A DNA stretch of 64,000 bases, from assembly GCA_051362555.1 (NCBI GenBank), contig CM120644.1, forward strand, positions 18,064,534-18,128,533, in the 5' to 3' direction. The position numbers and the translations under genes were made by a program. This DNA comes from Lingula anatina. Its lineage: Eukaryota; Animalia; Brachiopoda. The notes under the pieces are model-generated. The model was given only the letters and a program-made list of their open reading frames with translations. It ran no database searches and was not told the origin of the DNA. Shown one piece after another: positions 23,791 to 35,937 of this stretch. Numbering within the stretch: position 1 is the stretch's first letter; each line of letters begins with the position of its first letter.

Positions 23791-24403
23791 ACATCGGTAC
23801 CCCTCAACAATATCAGTTCTCGCTGATATTGTTTGTCAGCAACTACTTGAGATATGACATAACATTGGTAACTACCATAGTATATAATCACAATTCTTAG
23901 TTTTTTGTTATTTGATATTTGATATCATCCGTAATTTAATTTCGGCCGTTTGTGTGTGTGCGCGCGTGCGTGTGTGTGTGTGTAGTTGTTTGCGTATGTA
24001 CATAATTGGCATTAATACTACTTAACATGTTTCATTAAACAAACTGTAATACTATTACATGTATATATCAGAACGTTTCCCGCATTCTTCTCAATCTAGA
24101 GTACTGACAATGTACAGCATCATGGCGAATACTACAACGCAATGCGTTACTTTCGTAGAATGCTACAAAGATGAAAATATGACTTCTACACGGCGCTTGT
24201 CATTGTGCTGCCGATTGTAAAACATATTTTACGTGATGAACCCGAGTATAATACCAAGCGACCAAGTTCACATTTTAAGGTTCGAAACCAATGGCACAGA
24301 CGTACGATCACATAATGTCCCAAATGTACATATATATGTGTACATGTATGATGATAGTTTAAGTAATGATATCGATGACGTATACAGAGTATATATACAA
24401 ATA

Positions 24404-24508
24404 TTAAAGCGTTGTCGTGTCGGGCTCACAGCTGGAACCGGAAGTCTTATCTTGCACGTGGACACCGTTGTTCAACTTGGACTTTTGTGTTGATTTTGCC
24501 AGTTGGAT
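24404..24508 (-). CDS. PDFR: PDF-receptor-like class B GPCR, coding exon 12 (terminal)
   Basis: Acceptor ctctctgtctttccag|; IQLAKSTQKSKLNNGVHVQDKTSGSSCEPDTTTL*; phase 0 matches the donor at 24907. Confidence 0.72.
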   Translation of the reverse strand: MQLAKSTQKSKLNNGVHVQDKTSGSSCEPDTTTL

Positions 24509-24907
24509 CTGGAAAGACAGAGAGTATTTTTTAATATACACGAACGTACTCAACAAAAAACATTTGGGTAATGAGATTACCGTCGTTTTCATTGTGTCAC
24601 GTACTATTGATGGGCGGATAAAGGCCATCTGGGTCTTCCTGAAGACGGTAGATTTTCAAGTTTACATTGACGGGTATGTAATTTTTTCTGTCGGAAGGTG
24701 GTCCAAAATGGAGGATGGATCAACAAAGATAATTTAGGAGACTGTCAGAAAATAGCTCTAGATCCACCCCTGTTATTTTCATCCTAGCTTAAATTAAGTT
24801 ATCCATATTTTAACCAATTTGAAAGAAGGCGATATTTTTCTGATTGAACAGCATTTTGCTTTGTGCCACGAACTGAAAACACATCTATAAAGCCTGTGCA
24901 TACATAC

Positions 24908-25045
24908 TTTAACAAACCCCTTCCCAGGAAAAGTGGACTGCACTTCTGTCTCTGACGTGTATAATGACTGTGATCTGCTAGTTCTACGGTATTGTCCCTT
25001 TCTCTGCCAGTACCTGTCCCAATGTTTGCTGAGTGCTTGGCGGAC
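24908..25045 (-). CDS. PDFR: PDFR-like coding exon 11 (helix 8 and tail)
   Basis: tttctgcag|VRQALSKHWDRYWQRKGQYRRTSRSQSLYTSETEVQSTFPGKGFVK|gtatgt; completes the FLNGEV motif. Confidence 0.85.
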
Positions 25046-27093
25046 CTGCAGAAAATAAAGAAATTAATACTTTAAGTAAAATTAATGCACAGATTCAAAT
25101 GTCATGAGTCAGTTTTAACCCCAATGTTCAAAAGACTTGAATCCAGAAGTGATTGTCTTGAGAATCTAGATTATCGCATCGTTTAATGTGGGTTCCCTTT
25201 TTAGAAAAGGGGGCAAGTGAAAAGTCGGTCTTAGCCAAGCCAAATATGCTTCGTAGTCGACTATGGCACTCATCACAAATAGTCTTACGGAGCACTTATC
25301 TCGCTTTTTTTCTGTCTTTAAACTTAGTCTCGTTTTATCCATGATTTATTGCGATCTAATTGTTTTGAAAAATACGCGTGTATTCACAATGCCGTCTTAG
25401 TTATGTCACCCGATTGCGGGTCAAGCGTCTAAAAGTCGGTGCCACACTATCGACTATATAAGTTTAGTAGTCTAAGATAAGCCCAAACCTTTAAATTGTT
25501 TTATGAAGCAGGCCACGGTACCGAGAACAAATAGTGTGTTACGGACTGCAGACGACTGTAGAGATGTGGAATTAGCGGAGTTCACAATTAAATTTAGCAG
25601 AGGGTTAAACTGTGTTCAAAAGGTGACAATGTACAAAAGTGTCCAGAAAAGCATGCAAGACAATCAAAATAAATTAAAGACAAATTAGCTGGCCCAGAAA
25701 TCATATTTCATAAAGCAGCCATGATCAGCTTCACACAGGGACCTTGTGGATTTACCAGTACTTAGTATGTGCGGCCGGTTTTACCTATACTATGTATATA
25801 AGACACAAAAAATTCTATAACATAATGTATGGTTCACTACTTAAAGTTTCAATATAAGAATCCCAAATGCCCACAGATAAAAGATATTAAAGCCGTCATA
25901 CCAATGCTTTACTCATGCACAAACAAACAAACAAACAAGTCGACATAGATTTGCTTCGGCCAACGCACACGCTGAGCTACCAGCGGAGCTACCGACTTCA
26001 CGAGGCGACAGCTTACTTTATAACTCAAAGTGTGCGCCTAGTGATAGGTAGAAAGGAATGAATGAAAACAACAAGTAAATGAAAGGAAACAATGAAGAAG
26101 GAAAAGGAAAGAAGGAGAATGTAAAAGTCGCAAGGTTTGATTATAGGGATGATGCAACAAAAAGGAAATCGATACTTTTACGCAACGCTTTATGGGAAGC
26201 AGGCATTGCTGTCAGCCTTAAGGATATGAAGGTGAAATAAGTCCCAGGATCCTTTTCCATATATTGGATTAAAAGTGAGATTGCAGGCGTAGGACAAGTA
26301 TGTCAGGTAAAGAATAATGTGAATTATATATATATAGTCCATATTTATGATGAATGGCAGATAAAGTTATATAAAAAACGAGAAGAAACAACCCAATACA
26401 TCAGATCGACTACCACGCTTTGAACAGAGAAAAGAAAGAATAAACACCAGAAATCGATATTTAGAAAGAAATATAATTGTACACAATTATATCAATAGTT
26501 TCTTATATTACCAAGTCGTTTTTCTCTGAAAACACAGATTCTGCATGCGAAGCACCATTACACAGGAAACGTTTAGTACGCATGCGCCACTACACCCATG
26601 CCACTGACACGTACAACGACTAACCTTGAAGCGTGTATAATGCCAAGCGTGTGAGTTGAGTGGAGCTTCAAAACTCCACGTTGCATAAATAGTACAAGAT
26701 ATCACGAGACGCCTTCAAAAGGGCTTTGTGCACCTAAAGAGATGGCATTCAAAGTTATGGTAAGAACAGACTGAAAAAACACAGAAAGCAACGCACGCAA
26801 GCTAAATAGTGTCTAAGTCATTTACATATGATGCTGGCGTAAATGTGTGATAGATTATTTGCTCTACAAATTAATGGTGTCATGACAAAATATTAAGAAG
26901 AAATGACATATTGCACAAAATCGATGCGAGTTCAAAGGATATTCTACGATACATCCAAAATCGTTACATGATGTACGTAAACCTAAACAATATTCCATAG
27001 TTTCTTAGCGTATGCATTAACTGAAAGGAACGGTATGAATGACATCACGATGTTAATTTAACACGTGATATCATGCACTGTGACGTTACCCAC

Positions 27094-27274
27094 CTCGCCA
27101 TTTAGAAAGCAGTAGAACAACGCGACTAGGAATCCTTGAAAGGAGCTCAGTATATGAGAGGTGTAACTATAGACACCATAGGCAACGACTGTGTCACTTG
27201 GCGGTTTCACCATCCCCATGATGTTTGTTATGCCAAGCAATGGCAGTAACAAGATGGCGGCCTTTACGGCTTTT
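27094..27274 (-). CDS. PDFR: PDFR-like coding exon 10 (TM6-TM7)
   Basis: (R)KAVKAAILLLPLLGITN...SFQGFLVALFYCFLNGE; class B PLLG and QG..VA..YCFLNGEV signatures; ag/gt boundaries. Confidence 0.93.
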
Positions 27275-27742
27275 CTGTAAAAATGAAGTCCATTAATATA
27301 AGCTGTATCCAGTATTTGTGGTTTACAAAATCGTCATGAATACAGGTAAGCTTGAAAAATTTTAACAATCTTAAGATACATGTATTTAACCGTGGCGCCT
27401 TCTTTACATGGTGGAATTACCGAATTCGCATAAAATCTCATTTTATTTTCGGGTTTTTGTCATGTCATTGTCAAAGTTATGCCTTCATGACTTTGATGCA
27501 GACCCAGACTTTAATTCAAAGCTGTTCTGAGCACCCCAATAAATGAAACAAATTAACTTTCCAAACTTTAACTATTTCAAAACAGTCTCTCTCTCTTTTG
27601 TCAGAACCATGTTTCTTCTCAGAGCAGAACACTGATAGACAAAACAGCAATAAAATATAGCAAAAAAGTAAGAGCTGATTAAACCATTACTGTGTACCTC
27701 GATGTGGAAAAAACTTGAATATTATTATAGCCCCTTAATTAC

Positions 27743-27828
27743 CTGACTTGCTCCGCCTCTGAAGACCGACTTTCCTTTAGCTTGTTCACCAGCACACTTA
27801 TTATGATCACCAAGAAGGTGAGATTGAT
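27743..27828 (-). CDS. PDFR: PDFR-like coding exon 9 (TM5-ICL3)
   Basis: tttgttttag|INLTFLVIIISVLVNKLKESRSSEAEQVR|gtaatt. Confidence 0.9.
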
Positions 27829-27895
27829 CTAAAACAAAGAATAACATTGGGCATGATTGTGAGATTGATCTAAAACAAAGAATAACATTGTGCAT
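27818..27895. repeat. 41-bp-period tandem duplication spanning the exon 9 splice acceptor
   Basis: gtgagattgatctaaaacaaagaataacattg.gcat at 27818 and 27859. Confidence 0.92.
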
Positions 27896-29171
27896 ATCTG
27901 GGTACTCTACACTGAAATTTCAGAGCACATGTAATCCCACTGATTTTAATATTGTATGAATAATTTAGTAAATGGATAGGTAAACGCATGTATAATACGA
28001 CAATGAGCATGTTGGTGCTTTGGTAGCATGCGGAACGGCGCTTTTTTGACGTCATGTCGATATGACGTATACCGTTGTACAAAGACGTAACGCTGAAAGT
28101 GATATATCAGCGAAATTAATGATTGTTTTCCCGTTAGATAACATAAACGCATGCATACTCCTGGCGTAATAAGTCGGAACTGCGTGTATTTACAAACATC
28201 AGCGACGGGAGAATGGTGATATTTCGTTTTGATTTAGTAACGCACGGTTAAATAAAACGTCACTTTTTCACAAGGAAACATGTATGCATAACCGAAAACA
28301 TATTTTGTTCATGAAAGGAGAATTTGCCATGCACCCCATAAAAAGCACCGCAGAAAAACTGCCTGAATGCCAAACACGCTTCTTGTTGTCCAGACATTCC
28401 ACCTGCTAAGCAATAAACCACGCATTAAACACCTCTATCTCATTTCCTGGATGCCTTATTTGTAATTCAAATTCTTCCGAGAAAACCACAGTCACGGAAT
28501 TTATGTTCCCAATTGTGTGAGAAAAAACGCTGAAATGATTGCTATCTCTCAACAACAACTGCTGCTGCCTCCTTATTAACCTTGCACAGAGGAAACGCGT
28601 GCCACTTAGGAGGTAGATTTATCAACAAAGGCCGGAATCGGATCAAAGGTCCATTATTTCATTACCGATGCAAACCAACGCTGCGTCAGATAGATGAAGG
28701 CTTTATGAGCACGTGTAGTGATTAATATTTCCTAGCTGATTTCATGAAGTTTATAGTTCCCGGTACAGCTACTGCACATTCACTGCGGAGAATGTATATC
28801 TTGTACATTCTGTGTTTCACATTTTCCATCAGCTCTGTTTATCGAAGTTCATTCTTTGGCTTGTTTAATTTATTTTGAAGGTTATGTAATCCTTAAGCTG
28901 ATTATTTTGACATGTAGCCTAATCCAAACGTTGACATTAAATGGTGTTACAATGCACGGATTTTACATGTTAAATGCTGCAATTTTAACTTTATCTGACT
29001 TGCTTAAAAATAGATAGACACAAGTTAAGTTTTTTTAGTCGTTGTTATTCAATCCCAATTTGACTTGCGTTCTTTTGTCTTATATGTCCCAAGAGAAGCA
29101 TCTTCAGCAGAAATACGTGCATATGCCCTTTAAACACATCAATATCTGAAACAACTGCCTTGAAAACTTAC

Positions 29172-29241
29172 CGCAAATATAACCAATCGTGGCCCCTGTA
29201 TGATCCAGTACGTAGTCAGAAACTCAATACCCAACCAACAC
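29172..29241 (-). CDS. PDFR: PDFR-like coding exon 8 (ECL2-TM5)
   Basis: ttgcag|(G)CWLGIEFLTTYWIIQGPRLVIFA|gtaagt; conserved CW and WII.GP. Confidence 0.92.
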
Positions 29242-29871
29242 CTGCAACGAATGTGACATCTTATATGATTGGTTGAATGAAAATGCCACGCGCTTTCCTG
29301 GCAGACGTTATATAGCCCTAAGACAGTTTCACGTACATGTGTACAGTGTAAATCATAATTCGCAAATAACGTAGGGCATGTTTACATGTAGGTCTTTTTA
29401 AACCTCTTTAACAAATGGACATTACAATATAAATCAATAGGCATAAACTATGTGCGCTTTAGCACACTTTCTCCAAAATATCTTGTTCTGTAATATAACA
29501 GCATCACTTAAGCTTCTTCCAAATGCATTACACAGAGGAGTTGGAAGTGTACTAATGCCGAAAATATTACTACAGTAACTGTTTATGTCGTGCTATAATA
29601 TTTCCCATTTCAGAAAGCAGTCCCAAAATAAACGGAATAATTACAACGTGTATGTATGCTTGTAGCTGCTCGCGTTTACTTAAATCAGCTTTTACGGAAA
29701 CTGCTAAGAGATTAAAATAGCACAGAAAAAAAGCCGAAAAATCTGTTCAAATGCTATTTTCGGGAATTATTAAGCGCTATTTCTTTAAGTTATGCTATTT
29801 TAATCTATGTGGTGGTATTTGGTCGGGTTTTTATAGAACAATATTTGACTTTATGTGCATCTTTAACTTAC

Positions 29872-29938
29872 CCTTCCGTTGGCGGTAACGTCACAGCCAC
29901 CGTTATGACCCATGGTATGGTAATGATGAGCGGTACCC
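29872..29938 (-). CDS. PDFR: PDFR-like coding exon 7 (TM4)
   Basis: ttccccag|(G)VPLIITIPWVITVAVTLPPTEG|gtaagt; completes the GWGxP motif. Confidence 0.9.
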
Positions 29939-30323
29939 CTGGGGAATAAAGGAAAATATACAGTTACTCCTTGTTCATCCAGGCCTCTCTGTACATGTAG
30001 GTGAATTCTGGGTGTTATATTGAGCGTTTGATTTAGACAGATTTAACACGACAGACAATTGTTCTAAACAAATTACATGTACAGTGGAATAGTGGCATAA
30101 TGGACTATGATTAAGAGCAACTTTTTCAAGGAATTCATATTTTTACTCTTTAAATATCCACATTCTCTCTCTCTCTCTTAAGTATAAGTATACAAGTACA
30201 AGTATAGTGAAAGAGTGGCATGATGGAGGATGATTGAAAACAAGTACTTTCACTGCATTCTTATTCTTTCTTTTTTCTCTTTCTCCCCTCTCTCCCCCCC
30301 TTCTCTCTCTCTCTCTCTCTTAC

Positions 30324-30480
30324 CCCATCCTATACAGTGGTACAATTTGAAATTTGGACCGTCTGAGAAGACCGACACTGTGATCTGGTTGTGGAGGTAA
30401 AGGCCTTCAATGAACATCCACATAAACATCACTGTCCACGTGTACTCCATTAGGATATACAGGGCCTCACAGACAACCCG
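30324..30480 (-). CDS. PDFR: PDFR-like coding exon 6 (TM3-ICL2)
   Basis: RVVCEALYILMEYTWTVMFMWMFIEGLYLHNQITVSVFSDGPNFKLYHCIGWG; WMFIEGLYLH class B motif. Confidence 0.94.
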
Positions 30481-30737
30481 CTGGAAGCGCACAATTAAAA
30501 TTATTAAAATCACATTTTAATTTAAAAAAGTGATCCCATGGATCACTATATATAGACTAAACATATACCATTTGAAAAAAATTAGGTGGATGACGATTTT
30601 AAAAGTATTAAAATTTATGTCATTATGTGCATTAGTAAGGAATTTCCTGTAAGTTTAGTAAATAACGGTAAATATACTGCCATGAGAACAATCAGTGTAG
30701 ACGCATATTTTGGAAAAGCATTTACTCATTTTTGTAC

Positions 30738-30903
30738 CGTATCTGAAATTGTCCCTGACGTTCCAGCGGCGGCCCCCGCAATTTCTCCCGCCACAAGACG
30801 AGCCACATACTGGTCTATGTACAGCACCAGACGACACAGGACCTGGATAAGCATGGCGCTGAACAAGTTCACGTGGATCTTTGTGCGACTGCATTTTAAA
30901 CTC
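30738..30903 (-). CDS. PDFR: PDFR-like coding exon 5 (ICL1-TM2-ECL1)
   Basis: (R)SLKCSRTKIHVNLFSAMLIQVLCRLVLYIDQYVAR...; AM.IQV..RL.LY.DQ is characteristic of PDF receptors. Confidence 0.92.
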
Positions 30904-31346
30904 CTGCATCAAAATAAATATACTATTGAATATAGATATTCTCAAATCAAGAAATTAGGATTAGAGATTGGGTTTTTAATAAACGGAATGGCGCAGAAAT
31001 TGTTTGGATGTATACAGAAGAGCTATTAGTTCTTGATCTAAATGAGATCAAATTATGTTTGTTTCCACCTTTAACTGTACATATTTACTCCTTTGAGTAA
31101 AACACAAGGAAGTTATTACATATAGCTATTGTATGATATGCGTGAAGCTGACTACGATGAAATGGGTTTTGTCATTGCATGGCGACAATTTATTTTCGCA
31201 ACGTGTGGAATAAATGAGCATTGAAACAAACCAGATCGTAATAATTGGATTCACTTTTTTTGCTCCAATTATATTTTCTAACGTGAATTTTTACCAAACA
31301 TAAAACTGGATGGCTGTATGCAATATTGACTAAAAAGTTCAGTCAC

Positions 31347-31450
31347 CTGAAATATGAGAATATGAAGAGTGAGACTGCCAAGGCGACCAGAGAGACGGCA
31401 AGTCCGGCGACTTCCACGGCTCTCGTGTTCTTAGCGATTTCTTTCATAGC
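31347..31450 (-). CDS. PDFR: PDFR-like coding exon 4 (TM1)
   Basis: catttcag|AMKEIAKNTRAVEVAGLAVSLVALAVSLFIFSYFR|gtgact. Confidence 0.92.
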
Positions 31451-31616
31451 CTGAAATGCAGATACGACAGTAATAAGTCTCAGACCATTTATGTGAAACG
31501 TAAGCTCGGGAAAGAAATCAGTGCAGCTTAGTACGTGAACATTATTATTATAAAATTTATCGACACACTTTTCCTCATCGTAGCATTACATATATAAACG
31601 GTTGTACCTTGATGAC

Positions 31617-31701
31617 ATGCACACGCACGCACGCACACACACACGCTCTCTCTCTCTCTCTCTCATGCACACACACTCACTTACACACACACACACACAC
31701 T

Positions 31702-31739
<38 letters not shown>

Positions 31740-31740
31740 C
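31617..31740. repeat. Compound CA/CT/GA microsatellite
   Basis: Directly visible. Confidence 0.9.
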
Positions 31741-31991
31741 TCTAATAACAAATAATACCAAGAAACCGCATAGCGATTTCCGTGAATAATATCCCTGTCA
31801 CAAATGACTTACTATTCACCTCCGGAGTGACATTCATACCATGCGATTATATTGGATTTTATTGTCAAACCCGCATGTGCCCATATCCTTTGGGGGAGAA
31901 AATGAGTGCAAGATCATAAAACCCTCACAAATACCGATATCTGATTCAAATTGTTGTGCGCGACATATCTGTGGTGTTCTTGCCTACGCAC

Positions 31992-32143
31992 CATTCTTTC
32001 CTCGGGCGTCTTCCCCTCCAGGTAGGCTTTATAGGCCTCGTAGCCTGTCTTGTCATAACAGCCGAGGTAGTCCGTGTACCCCTCCCCGTTGCTTGACGTT
32101 CCTTCCCAGTGTCCTGTGATTGTGCAATTTCGCGTGGCATATT
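31992..32143 (-). CDS. PDFR: PDFR-like coding exon 3 (hormone-binding domain, C-terminal half)
   Basis: ttttccag|(K)YATRNCTITGHWEGTSSNGEGYTDYLGCYDKTGYEAYKAYLEGKTPEERM|gtgcgt; R.C...G.W and Y..C motifs. Confidence 0.9.
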
Positions 32144-32586
32144 CTGGAAAAAACGTGGTTTGTTTTATGGAGTATATTTTGAATTGGTTCCTGTAATTTA
32201 GCCCACTGAACTGAATAACTCTACGGAGCAAATTTTGAAAAGGACCAAGTTAGTGTTTTGTGTTTATTTATAAGTCTAGGGGCTACAAACCATGGGAGAA
32301 AAGGCATTGAGTCACAACAACCCGTTTACAGTAGTGTAATCTCACTAGGGACAATTCCCAGTATCATCAAACACCATATAAAGAGAGGGAATGTAGTTAT
32401 GGTAGTAAAACTTGCAAATATATGTGAAAAGCAATAAAGGCCCTTGCTACTGAAAATAAGTCATATCCCATCAATAAGGGGGTTTGATGACTGTGTATGA
32501 AATAATTACATTGCAAAGCACTTTATTGTCCGACCTGCGTTTAAACACCTTCTTGTGCCTTGCAAACATCAAGAAGAATCACTCAC

Positions 32587-32694
32587 TATTGGTATCCAGG
32601 CCTCTTAGTGGGGGGCAATATTGCCTAGCAACGGTTCCAGCAGGGGTGGGTGGCCAACACAATATGGTGTCGTAAGTCGCGTTGCAGTACTGTC
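32587..32694 (-). CDS. PDFR: PDFR-like coding exon 2 (hormone-binding domain)
   Basis: ttgcag|(G)QYCNATYDTILCWPPTPAGTVARQYCPPLRGLDTN|gtgagt; C...D...CWP.T..G......CP class B ECD motif. Confidence 0.93.
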
Positions 32695-34303
32695 CTGCAA
32701 TAAATCGAAAACATATTAGAACACTGAGCAATTAATGTTGGGTTAAAATCAAATAGTCATAAATTACAGAACATGTCAATAATTCGAGCAACGCGGTAGG
32801 GTTCAATGCGGTTTCTTTCAACTAAACTGCTTTGAACCAGACAATATCTGCGGTAACATATTAGGTTTCTTGGAAAATGAAAAACTGCAATTTTACTTTG
32901 AAAAATTGGGTCACAAAATTACATAATTGTCGGTCATCTTTCGCACGTATTTTACGCATGTCAAAAACTTACATTCACTTAATTCGCTTAAAGTATAGCG
33001 TCTAGATACTGCAGCTTAATAACGCTACCAAGTAAAACTGCTAATAGAATTGTGCAGTATCGTTAAGTAAAGCCTTTACTATGTGGCAATTTCGTATATG
33101 TTTAGTACCTAATACCTTGTCAATCTAAAAATTGGGGACTTTCATGTCCTTCGTGAAATGAGAATACATTGAAAAGCTCCTCCCTTAAATATGATCAATC
33201 AATTTTAATGAAAATGCTCTGCTATTTTCCTTTGGTTTTTAATTTAAGGAGTAAGCACCACCATCAAGCTGCGTTTGGTCATACAAAAAAAAAAAAAAAA
33301 AGAAAAAAAAATTAAACGCACATACAAAGATTCCAAAGCGCAAACCTTGGCTGCAAACTTCAGAGAGGTTGTAACAACATGAAATCAAATTTGTAATTGT
33401 AGTGGATTCAAACTCAAACAGTTTAATGTGCTGAAAGCGGCACATTTTGGTGCCTAATGGGCGATTTTCTGGGCTATTAAATCATCTTTCAGTACAGATT
33501 AGGTTATTCTATGGAACTGGTTTTTCTGTAATTCAATAACTCAAAGGAGGAAAGAATACAGTTATTTAAAACGAGTGCTCAAACACACTTCGGCGGTTTC
33601 TATCAGTGCTGAAGATCCGCCAAGGTATTTCGAACTTCTGCAACAATGAGGATATGGATTCTTTTCAGTTCATTTTAGGTGATAAAATTGCCTACGTTGA
33701 AATCGCGGGGTTTGTGCGTGTTTTGGGGATACCTGCAATGACAGGGCGGATCTAGACAGCTGTCTATTTTCTGGGAAAACTAGCGCATTCTAAGGTATCA
33801 AGTATATCGTGTGAATGAACTCCTTACTGCGTATGCATGAACTTATAGAACTGGAATCATACGATGGCCTGACTTGTCACGAATAAAGATCACAAAGAAC
33901 ATAAGTGCAATAAGGTGAAGGAACGGTATGCCGTTATTTGTAAGAGAAATTTAGTTTTTCAAGTGGGCTTTAGTCTTGGGGTTTACACATATTTTCTTAA
34001 GAAGTCAGATTTTACCTGCAGAATGCAGAACATTTTTTTCATGACTAAAGATATGCGTTTCGTACCGAAAGAATGTAAGTGGGTTTTTATTATTAAGTCA
34101 GGGATGAAACAGGGAGTGAAAAGCAAGGCACGCACCTCACTCTCTGAGCAATTATCGACATCTTGCGAGGTCGCGGCGTGAACTCGGCTCTCTTGAAGAA
34201 CAATCACTGTCAGAAGTTATTAGCACTCAGTTGGGAGGTTAGGCAGTGAAAACACCACAGGACTATCAGACATGTTCCCTTACATTTAAAACTCGTAAGA
34301 TTC

Positions 34304-34526
34304 TTAAAGCCACCCTACACTGGACGGCGTCCTTTCTTCGTCCCGTACTACGACCCTGTTTGAGAGTAAATAAATACTTTAAGTGCTAACAACTTACCGA
34401 TCACTGGGCATTCATTCTGCAACCAGAACGATGCTTGTGCCTCCTTTCTACGACCACAGCGATGCCAGTTTCATGGTCGCACAAAGGACGCAGAAAGGAC
34501 GCCCTCTAGTGTAAAGAGGGTTTAAG
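34304..34526. mobile_element. MITE family B, full-length, TTAA-flanked
   Basis: Inverted ends tacactggacggcgtcctttct / agaaaggacgccctctagtgta; homolog at 6613-6770. Confidence 0.7.
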
Positions 34527-35210
34527 GAGGAAGCAGTGGGTAAAAAACATTATTTTTCATCTTGAATCCCTGAGGCCCATAGTAATGACCAAATGAGTAC
34601 AAAAGTTCAGGTTTGGATATCAAAAATGGAACAAAATCCTTGTAACACTACAATGTATAACACGGTATTGTTTCCGGCATGTACAAAATTCGATCAAATA
34701 GCTTTTGTAATGTACTCTAATGTACTCGTTTAATAGAACGTGAAGTTGTTATCGTTATTCCTCGATAATATGTCATGGTGTGGAGAAACATATAAGTCGA
34801 TCATTTAAGAATTCAAATTAATCTACCAGGGTAGTGCTTAATTGCCTTTTGGTCGTCCTCACTGTCATTTACTGTCAGAACCTATAACGAATTGAGAGTA
34901 GCTTTTGTTAAAACTAAATTTTCTAATTGTGACAAAAAGTTAAATGCTGGAATAACAGGGGCTTTTATCCAGTCTTTTCATACCTGGAGTAAACAATCTA
35001 ATTTTTATCGCCCTTAATTGTGCTTTTAAAGTCCAACGGAACTCAAATAGGACGAGTTTTAACAACAATTGCATTACGTCGGGACTGATTTTTCAGGAAT
35101 CGAGCAAGTAGCGAAAAAGGCTTCTGAGACAACTTCAACAATAAGAGAGATAAGCAGAAAACCACCGTAAACCTTAATGCAAAAATCAGTCTACTTCAGT
35201 TCAAGCTTAA

Positions 35211-35460
35211 AGGGATAAAAACTCTTCATTTTGAGGGGGAAGTGCACTATAACGGCTTTTCCCGGGTTGAACCATACTTTCCAATGGTAAATGAATCCGT
35301 TCTGATATCATATTTATTAATTGTTTTTTATTCATTACAAAATGGTTTTGTAATAATCTCTTAAGATTATTACGAAGTGTAGCCATCTTTGAAGGTACCC
35401 GTGGCCCGATGGCTAGGACAGATTTTAGAATTGCGACAACCGTCGTTTTGGTGGTATTTT
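35211..35460 (+). mobile_element. Truncated Kolobok-like MITE related to 59520-59841
   Basis: ttaa|agggataaaaactcttc end and shared internal blocks (aatgaatcc, aatctct.aaga, tagccatc). Confidence 0.55.
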
Positions 35461-35888
35461 CAAATTAAAAATAGAGGAAGTTTGAACTCACTTGATTATA
35501 ATTGAGCCTGATGCTACGACAAAAAAACGAAATAGTATGCATGTATGTGGCAAGCCCATAAATGATTTCAAACCGGCGTGATTCTTGCTTTACTGCTGAT
35601 GTCCGGGAATATTTATAAAGAAGAAAACCTAAGTGAATGACCATACTGAAATTGTATATATACAAATCACTTCTAGTCGACCTTATACTGACTAAGTCAA
35701 TTTGCTTGGTGTGTGGGGCCGAGGCCGCTTTGGGTTGCCTGGCCTCGGACTTAATCGGAGTGTACGCTCAAATGATGACTTTACATTGCCCCTTTTGTTA
35801 AATGGTGTTTACATAGTGGTTAGTGGCTACTAACGGCTCCTGTACTGGCAGAGTGGCGACCACCTGCGTTTTAATAAGCATGGGCATG

Positions 35889-35937
<49 letters not shown>

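Noticed and set aside
30586-31029. 147-aa plus-strand ORF
   Set aside because: Antisense to PDFR exon 5; no independent coding signal
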